From assembly GCA_002269645.1 (NCBI GenBank), contig NIVC01000089.1, positions 372,001-436,000 of the forward strand: a stretch of 64,000 nucleotides of DNA, read 5' to 3'. Within the stretch, counting starts at the first letter, position 1. Every line of letters starts with the position of its first letter. The position numbers and the translations under genes are program-made. This document shows positions 1 through 25,115 of this stretch, piece by piece. A model generated the notes under the pieces. That model did no database searches. It was not told where the DNA came from and saw nothing but the letters and a program-made list of their open reading frames with translations. The DNA comes from Macrostomum lignano (Eukaryota).

Positions 1-384
1 GGGTCGCGCAGATCCCCCTGGGGGCCGGCCGGCTTGGACAGGGGGGGGGGGGGCTTAAAGAAGAGAAGACAGAAGACAGACAGAGAGGGGGAGAAAGTCG
101 GTCCCGAACCCACAGCCATCAGACGCGACCCCTTATAAGCCCGCCCGGCAGTGAGTGAAAATTGAATTGCAAAAAAGCCAAATGAACACACAGTGGCTTC
201 CGCGTATGCAGAAAGGCAGGAAACACGCTGACAGACACGGGACGCGCGCGCAATACTTGTATCGAAATTCGAAACACTTGGAAAGAACACCGAATGCCCG
301 GTGCCTTGGCGACAAAAGTTCACATTTAAATTGATTTTTTAAAACACAATCAGCTTGTGCAGTTACTTTGCAGCTTTTTTAGTC

Positions 385-1222
385 ACTCAGACGTTCATAT
401 CTCGGCTCTCATCTTCATATCTAGGTTCTCATCTTCATATCTCGGCTCTCATCTTCATATCTCGGTTCCCATCTTCATTTCTCGGTTCTCATCTTCATTT
501 CTCGGTTCTCATCTTCATATCTCGGTTCTCATCTTCATATCTAGGTTCCCATCTTCATATCTAGGTTCCCATCTTCATATCTAGGTTCCCATCTTCATTT
601 CTCGGTTCTCATCTTCATTTCTCGGTTCTCATCTTCATATCTCGGTTCTCATCTTCATATCTAGGTTCCCATCTTCATATCTAGGTTCCCATCTTCATTT
701 CTCGGTTCTCATCTTCATTTCTCGGTTCTCATCTTCATATCTCGGTTCTCATCTTCATTTCTCGGTTCTCATCTTCATATCTCGGTTCCCATCTTCATAT
801 CTAGGTTCCCATCTTCATATCTAGGTTCCCATCTTCATATCTCGGTTCTCATCTTCATTTCTCGGTTCTCATCTTCATATCTCGGTTCTCATCTTCATAT
901 CTAGGTTCCCATCTTCATATCTAGGTTCCCATCTTCATTTCTCGGTTCTCATCTTCATTTCTCGGTTCTCATCTTCATATCTCGGTTCTCATCTTCATTT
1001 CTCGGTTCTCATCTTCATATCTCGGTTCCCATCTTCATATCTAGGTTCCCATCTTCATATCTAGGTTCCCATCTTCATATCTCGGTTCTCATCTTCATTT
1101 CTCGGTTCTCATCTTCATATCTCGGTTCTCATCTTCATATCTAGGTTCCCATCTTCATATCTAGGTTCCCATCTTCATTTCTCGGTTCTCATCTTCATTT
1201 CTCGGTTCTCATCTTCATATCT
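385..1222. repeat. 20-bp minisatellite (ATCTCGGTTCTCATCTTCAT)n
   Basis: Direct reading; SPMIP4 intron. Confidence 0.95.
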
Positions 1223-1310
1223 CACTAAACGCACTCTATTTATAGTACAATTTCACTATCCCATACATTATACCCCCCAAAGACCCTCAATTCCAGTTCG
1301 GCTGTCTCAC

Positions 1311-12284
<10,974 letters not shown>

Positions 12285-12359
12285 CGTGTGCCGGCGCTAA
12301 GGCCTGGTCGGCTGCGGGATCGAATTCTATAGATGTTACAATTAAACAGCATTTGCCAT

Positions 12360-12390
12360 ATCTATCTATCTATCTATCTATCTACCTATC

Positions 12391-12437
<47 letters not shown>

Positions 12438-12446
12438 TTATCCACC

Positions 12447-12505
<59 letters not shown>

Positions 12506-12567
12506 TTATCTATCTATCTATCTACAGTACCTACCTATCTATCTATCTATCTATCTATCTACCTATC

Positions 12568-12614
<47 letters not shown>

Positions 12615-12623
12615 TTATCCACC

Positions 12624-12670
<47 letters not shown>

Positions 12671-12679
12671 TTATCCACC

Positions 12680-12741
<62 letters not shown>

Positions 12742-12742
12742 C

Positions 12743-12777
<35 letters not shown>

Positions 12778-12843
12778 CCTATCTATCTATCTATCTACCT
12801 ATCTATCTATCTATCTACCTATCTATCTATCTATTTATCCACC

Positions 12844-12874
<31 letters not shown>

Positions 12875-12898
12875 CTATCAATCTATCTTTTTATCCAC

Positions 12899-12951
<53 letters not shown>

Positions 12952-12952
12952 C

Positions 12953-13041
<89 letters not shown>

Positions 13042-13110
13042 CCTATCTATCTATCTATCTATCTATCTACCTATCTATTTATCTATCTATCTATCTATCT
13101 ACCTATCTAC
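12360..13110. repeat. (ATCT)n microsatellite
   Basis: Immediately upstream of the SPMIP4 start. Confidence 0.95.
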
Positions 13111-13505
13111 ATATCCGTACCTCAGTGCAATCTTAGCTAGTCGGTGGAACAGCAGCACCAAGGCAAATAATTAACACCAGGCAAAGCAGCCAGCTACAAA
13201 ATACAGGAGCAAACAGCAGGACAAGAGCCGTGCTCGCAGAGGGCTCTGGCAGACAACCAAAGGTGCATTCTGTACCTGTCTGTTGCGCCATCGTATTAAT
13301 ACTAAAATAGTTTAAAGCGAGGTAAGCAGCTCGAAGCAACTCTACCAGCAATAATATTGGTGCATACGGTACGTAAGAAACTGAAACATGTTTTAGCAAG
13401 ATCGCTCGTCAGCACTCGGAAAGACTCGCATGCAGTTTACAGTAGACATGCTGAGCATCTGGGATCAAAGTTGATGCAGAAAAATTCATTTTCTCTTGAA
13501 ATTAC

Positions 13506-13537
<32 letters not shown>

Positions 13538-14529
13538 ATATATTGAAAACTAATTAGTAACTAATGCAAAACATCAAGTCAACAAATATTTAAATCTGCC
13601 TACTAATAGTAGTTTCAAATAAATTATAAAAAGATTGAGAATCAAGTTAAAAAAAACACAAATTGCTCACAATTTAAGTAGTTCAGTAATAAGAAAACCA
13701 GGAGCAGAAATGAAATGAAAAAGAATTTGCTGGATACAAGCAATCGGATTGTAATCCGTTATTACAAGAATTTTATCATTCATTTTCTTGTAGGATCAGC
13801 GCATTGCAGCAAAAATTTATGTCCATTAAGCTACTATTAGTAGGACGCTCCAGCCAGCGAACGAGAGTCACGTGATTTCTGACAGACATTGTACTTTTAG
13901 CTTAGCTGGTTCGCTCTGAAAAAATAATAGGTTGTAGAGAATTTGAAAATATCATAAACTGGGGGCAGATTTCTGTGGGAATCAGTTAGAAATAAATGAC
14001 AGAGGCATGCATAGCTTTGGCAGTAGGCAGTAGCGAACATTTAGCTCATAAAAAAACAAATAATAATATAGAATTTTGTTTTAATGCAAACGCCAACTTA
14101 AAGCAATACAGGCCGAGGTGAGGTCAATTTTGTTAGTAGGTATTAGTTGAAAAAATATTGTATAATAGACTACTGATCTAGGATGCACTAGTAGTGTTGC
14201 TTGAACTTTCTGGGTAAATTTTTTGTTAGCAAATGTGCACTTGGTGCACAGTTATAAACAGTCATTGGTTTGATATAAATTATTATTATATTGTCATGCT
14301 TTAAAACTAATTTTGTACTTACTACTTACTAGACAAGTACAACAGTAGTGTCTAATGCAAAAATGAACTACTATATTGATGAGAATAAATTCTAATTTAC
14401 TAATCTTTATTCATAGTGAGCATAGCAAATGAGACCACTCTACTCTCCTGCCCAAGCCTACTGGATTCATCAGAGCCTCTGTATCCTGCCGCCCTGGACC
14501 TGCGCAATACAGTGAGAGAGAGAATGAGT

Positions 14530-15605
14530 GAGGCATGAGAAAGGAGACCAGAGAGGAATGAGCAAGGGATACCAGGGAGGCATGAGAAAGGGAGACCAGT
14601 GAGGAATGAGAAAGGGAGACCAGTGAGGAATGAGAAAGGGAGACCAGAGAGGAATGAGAAAGGGAGACCAGACAGGCATGAGAAAGGGAGACCAGACAGG
14701 CATGAGAAAGGGAGACCAGACAGGCATGAGAAAGGGAGACCAGACAGGCATGAGAAAGGGAGACCAGACAGGCATGAGAAAGGGAGACCAGACAGGCATG
14801 AGAAAGGGATACCAGGGAGGCATGAGAAAGGGAGACCAGTGAGGAATGAGAAAGGGAGACCAGAGAGGAATGAGAAAGGGAGACCAGACAGGCATGAGAA
14901 AGGGAGACCAGAGAGGAATGAGAAAGGGAGACCAGACAGGCATGAGAAAGGGAGACCAGTGAGGAATGAGAAAGGGAGACCAGAGAGGAATGAGAAAGGG
15001 AGACCAGACAGGCATGAGAAAGGGAGACCAGTGAGGAATGAGAAAGGGAGACCAGAGAGGAATGAGAAAGGGAGACCAGACAGGCATGAGAAAGGGAGAC
15101 CAGACAGGCATGAGAAAGGGAGACCAGACAGGCATGAGAAAGGGAGACCAGACAGGCATGAGAAAGGGAGACCAGACAGGCATGAGAAAGGGAGACCAGA
15201 CAGGCATGAGAAAGGGAGACCAGACAGGCATGAGAAAGGGAGACCAGACAGGCATGAGAAAGGAGACCAGACAGGCATGAGAAAGGGAGACCAGACAGGC
15301 ATGAGAAAGGGAGACCAGACAGGCATGAGAAAGGGAGACCAGACAGGCATGAGAAAGGGAGACCAGACAGGCATGAGAAAGGGATACCAGGGAGGCATGA
15401 GAAAGGGAGACCAGTGAGGAATGAGAAAGGGAGACCAGAGAGGAATGAGAAAGGGAGACCAGACAGGCATGAGAAAGGGAGACCAGTGAGGAATGAGAAA
15501 GGGAGACCAGAGAGGAATGAGAAAGGGAGACCAGACAGGCATGAGAAAGGGAGACCAGACAGGCATGAGAAAGGGAGACCAGACAGGCATGAGAAAGGGA
15601 GACCA
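14530..15605. repeat. 24-bp minisatellite (GAGAAAGGGAGACCAGACAGGCAT)n with four variant types
   Basis: Direct reading; a 1-bp deletion near 15260. Confidence 0.95.
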
Positions 15606-16039
15606 GAGTCACGAGAAGGGGAGAACGGGATGGATATTATACAGAGAAAAATTTGGCGCCAAGAAGTAAGACTGAGACAACAGAAGTCAAGAAATTGGAC
15701 GAATAATATTTAAATTCGTTGGAAAAATTCCCTAATTACTTAATACCTTACTTAAAGGCATTTAATAAGTAGTCTGTTAAGCATCTATCAACACTCGGCA
15801 GTAAGTGCTTCAGCTGCCATTTGCTGCGATCAGATTGCAAATTAAGCCACAAAAGTACAATGACCGCACAGATTTAATTTTAACAGTACAAAATTGTGTA
15901 TAAAAAGCCAAAAATAATTTACACGCGCTTTATGCTACTCGATATTATGCCACTACTAATGCGTGGCCAAGACAATTTAGTTATGACTCTGGTCATAATA
16001 TGCATGTAGTCATGACCCTGACAATAAAAAATATCAGAA

Positions 16040-16660
16040 CTCTGGTCAGGATATAGTCATGACACTGGTCAGGATACAGTCATGACACTGGTCAGGATAC
16101 AGTCATGACACTGGTCAGGATACAGTCATGACTCATGACACTGTCAGGATATAGTCATGACACTGGTCAGGATACAGTCATGACACTGGTCAGGATACAG
16201 TCATGACTCATGACACTGTCAGGATATAGTCATGACACTGGTCAGGATACAGTCATGACACTGGTCAGGATACAGTCATGACACTGGTCAGGATACAGTC
16301 ATGACACTGGTCAGGATACAGTCATGACACTGGTCAGGATACAGTCATGACTCATGACACTGTCAGGATATAGTCATGACACTGGTCAGGATACAGTCAT
16401 GACACTGGTCAGGATAGTCATGACACTGGTCAGGATACAGTCATGACACTGGTCAGGATACAGTCATGACACTGGTCAGGATACAGTCATGACACTGGTC
16501 AGGATACAGTCATGACACTGGTCAGGACACAATCATGACACTGGTCAGGATACAGTCATGACACTGGTCAGGATACAGTCATGACACTGGTCAGGATACA
16601 GTCATGACACTGGTCAGGATACAGTCATGACACTGGTCAGGATACAGTCATGACATTGGT
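16040..16660. repeat. 23-bp minisatellite (CATGACACTGGTCAGGATACAGT)n
   Basis: Starts ~115 bp past the NIPA2 stop codon. Confidence 0.95.
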
Positions 16661-16774
16661 CATAACACAATAATAGAACTGCTGTGGCACTGCAATGGTC
16701 ATCCAGAGCAGAAAATCTCAAAAAAGCTGGCAAAGCAATATAAACAAAGAAGCAGAGCCGCCAAAGAGAATTAA

Positions 16775-19662
16775 TTACGCCGATCCTGCAGACACGATGT
16801 GCGCCTGCTCGCCCTCTTGACTGCTATCGTCGCCGTCCCCAGTCAGCAGGCCGACGTGGCTTTGATCTTCGTCGAATGGAGAATGCGCCGGCGCTGGGAC
16901 GCCGTTGGACCGGACGACAACTCCGCCCCCTCCAACAGCCGGGTCGGTGCGATGCACAGGAACATTCAAATTCGACAGGCTAATATCGTGCTCTTTAAAC
17001 GCATTCAACAAGAATATGCCGGATATTATAGTTGAAAATCCGACCAGATTGCCCAGCACGTCTTCAGGCTTCATGTTGAACCACTCCTTGTACAGTATGG
17101 AGGAGGCGATGATGACAAAGGTGGTGAAGAACACGTACAGGATAGGCGACACCACGCTGGTGTTGAATATGTCCAGTGCTTTGTTGAGATAGTTCATCTG
17201 CACCGTGACAAAGAACAATACGGATGCTATTAACAACCAAGTCACCGGCAGGACGAATACATTGTCGCCGGCGAATGTCTGCTTGATGGCAACCCCGGTG
17301 CCTTTGCAGCCCATGACGGACAGGGAGCCCAGGGAGCCGGATATGGTGATGTACACCAGCGGGTTGGTTCTGCCGTAGCGAGGTGCGAAATAGAATATGA
17401 GCACCGCGGATGCCGCCAGCACGATTGCCACGTAGGATATGAAGCCTGCGGGATTGGGGGATTTTCTCAGTGTTGGATTATCTGGGGGTGATTTTCTCAG
17501 TGTTAGATTATCTGGGGGTGATTTTCTCAGTGTTAGATTATCTGGGGAGGGCGGTTTTCTTATTGCTAGATTATTTTGGGAGGGCGATTTTCTCAGTGTT
17601 AGATTATCTGGGGAGGGCGATTTTCTCGTTGCTAGATTATCTGGTGAGCGCGGTTTTCTCATTGCTAGATTATCTGGGGAGGGCCAGGGCGATTCTCTTA
17701 CGGATGGAGACTATCTGGGAGAGATAGTCTCAGGGTTGAGTTTATCTGAATCTGAGGCAAGTCTGAGGCAGTCTACACGTGGATTTCATCAGGTTAACTC
17801 TGTCAAGGTGCGATTCTGTTTTGGGACACTGACTAGCTGGGAGCAGCAATCTAACAGGGACACACAGAAAGAGTAGCATTCAACTCACCAAAATCTTTAA
17901 GCTTGACAACCAATTCTTGCATTGTAGTGACCTCCTGCTCTTTGGGCGCGTGAATGACAATCATAGTGGAGCCGAGCAGACACACCAGGCAGCCAATTTT
18001 GCCCAACAGATTTAAGCGTTCGTTTAAAAATTTTGAGGCCAGCATAGCGCTAACCAGGACGCTCAGAGCGCCCAGTGGCGTCACCAGCGAGGCGGGCGCG
18101 AACGCGTAAGCCGCGAAGTTCGCGCCTTCGCCTGCTGCCATCATGAGGAAGCCGGACCACCAGACCACATCTCTCAGGTAGCCGTAGCCGCCCTCGCCTG
18201 GGATTGAGGCGAATAGGAATCCCTATTTAGTGAAACTGTCAGGGCTGGGAATCCCTATTTAGTGAAACTGGGAATCCCTATTTAGTAGAACTGGGAATCT
18301 TTATTTATTGAAACTGGGAATCCCTATTTAGTAAAACTGGGAATCCCTATTTAGTGGAACTGGGAATCCCTATTTAGTGGAACTGGGAATCTTTATTTAT
18401 TGAAACTGGGAATCCCTATTTAGTGGAACTGGGAATCCCTATTAAGTGGAACTGGGAATCCCTATTTAGTAGAACTGGGAATCTTTATTTATTGAAACTG
18501 GGAATCCCTATTTAGTGGAACTGGGAATCCCTATTAAGTGGAACTGGGAATCCCTATTTAGTAGAACTGGGAATCTTTATTTATTGAAACTGGGAATCCC
18601 TATTTAGTGGAACTGGGAATCCCTATTAAGTGGAACTGGGAATCCCTATTTAGTAGAACTGGGAATCTTTATTTATTGAAACTGGGAATCCCTATTTAGT
18701 GGAACTGGGAATCCCTATTAAGTGAAACTGGGAATTTCTATTTGGTGAAACTGGGAATCCCTATTTAGCGGAACTGGGAATCCCTTTTTAGTGAAACTGG
18801 GAATCCCTATTTAGTGAAACTGGGAATTCCCTATTTAGCGGAACTGGGAATACTCTATATATCGGAACTGGGAATCCCTATTTAGTGAAACTGGGAAAAC
18901 TCTATATATCGCAACTGGGAATCTCTATTTAGTGAAACTGGGAATTCCTATTTGGTGAAACTGGGAATCCCTATTTAGTGAAACTGGGAATTCCCTATTT
19001 AGCGGAACTGGGAATTCCCTAATTAGCGAAACTGGGAATCCCTATTTAGTGAAACTGGGAATTCCCTATTTAGCGGAACTGGGAATACTCTATATATCGG
19101 AACTGGGTATCCCTATTTAGTGAAACTGGGAATTCCCTATTTAGCGGAACTGGGAATACTCTATATATCGGAACTGGGTATCCCTATTTAGTGAAACTGG
19201 GAATTCCCTATTTAGCGGAACTGGGAATACTCTATATATCGGAACTGGGTATCCCTATTTAGTGAAACTGGGAATTCCTATTTAATTTAGTGAAACTGGG
19301 AATCCCTATTTAGTGAAACTGGGAATCCCTATTTAGCGGAACTGGGAATCCCTTTTTAGTGAAACTGGGAATCCCTATTTAGTGAAACTGGGAATTCTCT
19401 ATTTAGCGGGACTGGGAATCTCTATTAAGTAGAGCTGTCAATTAATCAACTCAAGACTAGGAAGACAACTCTCCGCCTAAACAAGACCATAAAATGAGTA
19501 AAATAAAACAAGGCACAAACCAGCCCGGATGCCCCGATTGGACAATCTGATGAGCGCTTTTTTCTTCAGAATAAAGCTGGTACCAATGTATAAACTGGAG
19601 CTCATAGCCAGAAACAGGCCAATATAGAAGTCGAACCTGCCGTTGCTTGCCGAACTAACCAT
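16775..19662 (-). CDS. NIPA2: NIPA2-family magnesium transporter, ~373 aa from the first ATG
   Basis: Exons 19662-19521, 18197-17889, 17445-16775 total 1122 nt in frame. [43 protein letters not shown] and [15 protein letters not shown] are near-identical to NIPA2 motifs. Confidence 0.95.
17458..17690. repeat. 30-33 bp minisatellite in NIPA2 intron 2
   Basis: GATTTTCTCAGTGTTAGATTATCTGGG units next to the acceptor. Confidence 0.9.
18225..19430. repeat. 23-bp minisatellite (GAAACTGGGAATCCCTATTTAGT)n
   Basis: Fills NIPA2 intron 1. Confidence 0.95.
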
Positions 19663-20669
19663 GCTGGCATTGGTTGAGTTGTCTAGCGAGCTGGAGTCCC
19701 AGTCATCAGAGTAAGCCAACTAAAACATTCATTCCACAGTGTGAGCGGCTATATGACTCGTCAGACTCGATCAATGCACTTTTGTAAAATTGCTTTATGC
19801 ACCCAAACCTCAAACACCATTTTCACCATAATTTCCCGGTTCTAAGGCTGATTTCAAGTTTAGAAGTTTTAGTTAACTAATATGGATCTGACAATGCAGT
19901 ACTAAACTACAATTTGAAAAATTCTTGCTTAGAAAAATTGTTTATACTGACTAAAACAAAAGTTGATAGGCTAGAAAGTTACTATTGTATGAGTGGAAAT
20001 TTAATTTTTCTAACTGTCCAAGTTCAACTAAGTCATTATTTACCTCAATCTTCATGCAGTAGAGAAGCACACTGGTGGATTTCATGTTTTAGTAAAGTAA
20101 AAAAAGAGCTAGTACACAGTTAGGTGTTGAACTTGGCTTCAAAATTAGGTTTTCTAAAACTACAAGAATATGTATAGTAAGTGGTCAAGAATATCTATAA
20201 TATATAGCTGAAGTACCAGAAACCTTAGGGAATAGTTGACTGGCCAATTGAATATGATAGACAGTGAGTGATTAGTATGCAAAAAATAGCCACCATGGAT
20301 ACCAAGCTTTTATATAATATTTCATAAGCCACATTCAATTAAACCATGTCTATAGCAGTTCAACCATAAATGTGAACTTTATTTAATTTTAAAAAGCACA
20401 AAAAATGGCTTAAAGCAGCATTCATAAATGTGATTTTTTAATTTACCAAATGAAATTTAAATGCAAGCAAATATTTGTAATAGTATTAATAGGTACTTGA
20501 AAACAAATTTTCAAGGATGATTCTTGAATATTTTAGCAAGGTTTTTATTAAAGAAGTGAAAGTCAATTTAACCAAGTATAATATTGATTATATGTTGAAT
20601 CAACTATAAGGATTGTAAAAAGCTTACTAAATTTTTTTGTTTATCAGAACCAAAACTTTAATCTTAAAG

Positions 20670-20847
20670 AACATGCTTGGGCGCAACCTAGGGATTTACC
20701 TGGCCATTTCTATTGGCAACACACACACACGTAAGTTGCTATTGGATGGAATAGTAGTCACGTGACTGCTCTCAGCCAATAGCGACTTATATGTGTGTGT
20801 TGCCAATAGAAACAGCTGAGTGATTCCCAAGGTTGTGCATGTATGTT
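20670..20847. mobile_element. Palindromic MITE-like element centred on GTCACGTGAC
   Basis: Inverted arms TTCTATTGGCAACACAC / GTGTGTTGCCAATAGAA and AAGTTGCTATTGG / CCAATAGCGACTT around CACGTG at 20759-20764. Confidence 0.55.
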
Positions 20848-23800
20848 AAAGAAATAATAAACCCAATGAGATTTTACTAAAAGGCTATTATAATAGTCTA
20901 AGAGGAAAGCAGCCCCTAATCAAATTGACTTTTAAAGTAACTGTTTGACAATAAAAGTTTAAAGTTTTGTTTTTTAATATAAAAATAAAAAGCTGGTTAA
21001 AAAGAAATTTCTCATGAGTAGACAACAAGCAATTTTTATTAAAATGACTACACAACAAAAATATATTGACTCAAGGACCAAATTGTCAAATATGACAATA
21101 AAAAAGCTCTTTAAATACAGAATTGGCATGTCTTTCACCCAATGGTATTTTGTTATACAAAAATGATTTTATAAAACTTTACCTACTTATTCAAAGCATG
21201 GGTTTAAAATCATTATATACTTACTAATAGTTCAAGGAGCCACCTGTAACAAAAAATGGATATACATGATAGGTGCATTTACAAATAATAAAATACCTAA
21301 TAAAAACACAAATAAACTTTGTTCGCTGTTATTACTTTTGGAAATACAATAGAAAAATGCTATTAACTATATTTTAAATATTTGTTATCATAGCATAAGT
21401 ATTATAATATTTTACTTATAATAATAGAATGTTAATGCTAATTATTATTATATAGCTAAATTAATCTAAGCATTTATATATTTGAGCTAAAGGTTATAAA
21501 AAGTCAAATACACTTATATTTATTATTGACCCATTTTATCCGCAATACTAGCATATAAATATAATAATAGATTAGAATACTTTTTAGCAAATAAGACTTG
21601 GCACTTATAATTGAACCTGGGATTGAAATCAAAGTCAAACTATTTTATAAAATAACCAATACTTCAATTTTTTTACTTTTTCTAAATTTTAAATTGATTT
21701 AAAAAAAAAAAAAAAGTTATGCCTAGATGGCTAATTGCCAAATATTTTCCAAAAACTCCTATATTTGAAATTGACAAAGACAGTTTAGATAGTTTAAGCT
21801 AATAGGCTATAACCTATTAACCTTAAATCCTAAAAAATACCAAATAGATGCATATTTCAAATTGCAACTAGGCCTATTCAAATAATAGGCCTATGGCTAT
21901 ATCAATTGATAAAAATTCATTATTCAGAATCAATTCTAAAGATAAAGCTTTGATATATCACTACTAATATAATAATATTCAGTTTAGACCATAAACTATT
22001 TTGTCTATTTAATTCTAGCTAAATAGACCCACTTCATAAGAATATTAGTACTATTACTGTGATTCATAGTCAGGAAAGTGGTGGCGGCATAGTGTGCACC
22101 AGAAAGAATACCATAACAATTTTGTTTACACTATGCACCAAAATTCAAGGCATTTTTGCACCACTATGAATGGCTACAGTAGATATCATGCGGTCAGGCT
22201 TTAATGTCACTTGACAAGTTGACTAATGGTTACTTACCATATACTGAATATGGAAATGTGACGCTTATATGCAAATATAGTTGGCTAGGCCTACTACTAC
22301 TGCCAATAGTCACTTTATTAATTTTATTTCTTTAGCTGTATTCCTCACAGATTTCGACTTTTCATTTGGTCTGCCCAATTCAATAGAAAGGTTGCGTTGT
22401 AAAAAGTTGTTCAACAGCTGCTCATGAATTGATCTTCAAGTAATTTGCAACAAAAAAGCAAATTAAATATACGCTCTACACAACGGGGGCGATAAATAAT
22501 TATTCTTTTAAACTTCTTTCTGATTGTTTAAAAACAAAAATAGAACAGGTTCATCTTGTTTAAGGGCTTCCTACCTTCCAAACGCATAAAAAGTAACTTT
22601 TCCCACTTTGTTAAAATGGTATGAGCTTTTGGCTCCACAACTTGGACGATTAGGTTATTTAGGCCTGTATTATAGCCAAATGAATGTGCTACGGTAAAAA
22701 AGAGATTGCTTCCTTTGGTCCTGTTTACTTCGTCTTTGTTAAATAAACTTAAATAGCTTAAACGTAGACCTCTGAGGCTCTACTGCCTTTTTATTGACAC
22801 GATGCGCTTGTACATGCGTACAATGTACACGTAGCATACATATGTCTCAAGAGAATCGAATTAAATGACATCATACATGTACCTGTCGCGTAATTCTAGT
22901 AGTCCTTACTTTACAAAGTGTATACCTATCTTATACTTGTCCATTCTACTACGTATGCACATAATATCTGCACATTTTAACGCATTACAGTGTGGATGCA
23001 TGCATGTACATATGTAGACGTACAGTGGAATGTACGTCTACTATATATGTATATAGCTACGTGTACATGTGCATTTCATCTATACATGTTTATTATATTT
23101 AGTTTAGTTTTTAAACTGGAATTTCATTAAGTTCGCAGAATTTTTTGCTTCATTTTTTCATCAAGGACAACTGAAGTTACGTTATCCTACTTCAGTTGTC
23201 CTTGTTTTTCATTCGAATTCAGACGAAAGGGAAAATTGCTTTGTACATGTGTACATGTGTAATAGTGTACATGGAAAATATATACACTGTATGCTCAATG
23301 TGCATGCAGCCATACGGCTCTGTGTAGCATAGTAATCGTACTGCATTTAGTTTTTCTAATTGCACGTGGCTAGTGAGAACACCACGCACTATTCCACTGC
23401 CTTACAACTCGTTTTTGAAGTACAGTATACATTTATGTGGAATTGTGAAATGAATAACTGAGTAGCTAGAACAGCTAGCCGCGCGCGACAGTTTTTAAAA
23501 AAAAACTCAGTGCAAGAGTTAACAACGTGGTTGTCCTCAAGGAAGAGTATATATATATATGCATCGATGCAGGATTAATAATTAATAATATTTAGAGACG
23601 ATGAGAGATTGATATCGTAATGAAAAGGAAAATAAATTTAACTCTAATGCAGTTAAAAAAATTGTCGCTCGCGCCTGCATTGAATGAATTGACATGTAGA
23701 GACTGCCTCAAACTGTAAGCTATATCGCACCCACCTCCACTCCTTCAAGCTCGCACCTTACTCACTCCCTCAATCTTGCACCCACCCCACTCCCTCAATC

Positions 23801-25115
23801 TCGCACCCACCCCACTCCTTCAAGCTCGCACCAACCTCACTCCCTTTATCTCGCACCCACTTCACTCCCTCAATTTTGCACCCACCTCACTCCTTCAAGC
23901 TCGCACCCACCTCACTCCCTTTATCTTGCACCAATCAAGTGAGGCAACAGTCGACGACATCGACGATAACAATTTAACAATTAACTCTTATGATATCTAC
24001 AATGCAAGCTCGAGCAGCTAGAACTGAAACAACAATGAATTGGCGCTGATAATAAAAAAATGAAAATATTTGTCAATAAAAGTATAAGCAAATAATCGAG
24101 TTATGCCATTGTGACTATGAAAATGGAAAATCTGAGACCTAATGAAGAGTTGTACGTTGGCGGGGCGAGCCACATCATGAGCCAAGAGAATACTGTATAC
24201 TGAAGGACAAATTAACAAGAGAATTTGGTTCACACGGAGCTGAGAACTCAGTAGATTAGCAATAACTAATGCAGGAGCGATGGCTACAATTGAAGAAAGA
24301 AATTTCAAGGGATGACAAAAATATTAAAGCAAATATTGAATGATTTGAGTAGCTGCTGGAGGCGTCGGTCCGTGCTATGCAATTACTCGTATTTAAGTAT
24401 GAAAGGAGAACCAAAGGAAACAAAACGATGGTGCGCCGTTTTCTAAGGAAACATATAATCATATTAATAATCATAATAATGATTTGGAAATAACATATGC
24501 ATATTAACTATTGACAGCTGGGTAAATTGTATGAGCCAAATCCACAGTAAGCAGTGCAATTACAATGCAATTATAAACAGTTTCTTAAGGGTGAGGTTTT
24601 TATTTTAATACAGAAATGTCACTTAAATTACAAATTGGGAACTGTGGACTGTCAACTGACTGCCGAGCAAAGTTCATTTTAGCGTCATTTAACATAAAGA
24701 TTGCAGACATAAACATATTTTTATTGATTTCTAACCTCGACAATACTTAACAGCTAATTTTAACAAAACCAAACCGTTAATTGATTCTGTTAAAATCATT
24801 AAATTAACTTTACTGATTATTTTATGCTTGAAAAAATAACATCTTTTCAAATGCTAATGAAATGTGCACGAATAAAGATGCTGTTTTTCATAACTTTCCA
24901 CTTGTTTTCCAAAAGATAGTGCTCATTATTTTTTCAGCAGACTTCCATTTCTCCGTCAAGAGAAGTTCCTAATAAAAACTCTGTAGCTGTTTGAATTCTT
25001 TGCAATTTTTGGCGCCAATTTGAACTCGTTGATTTTAAATTAGGGAACAAAAATTCGGTGGTATAAAATTATTTAGATCTGCCAATCGATGCCCCAATTG
25101 AGCGGATTCAGCGGG

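Noticed and set aside
1-315. Next SPMIP4 exon (ORF 133-315, or DLRD at the window edge)
   Set aside because: ORF 133-315 has no family motif; the GDLRD word at 1-30 resembles the human C-terminus, but I cannot make its phase consistent within the window.
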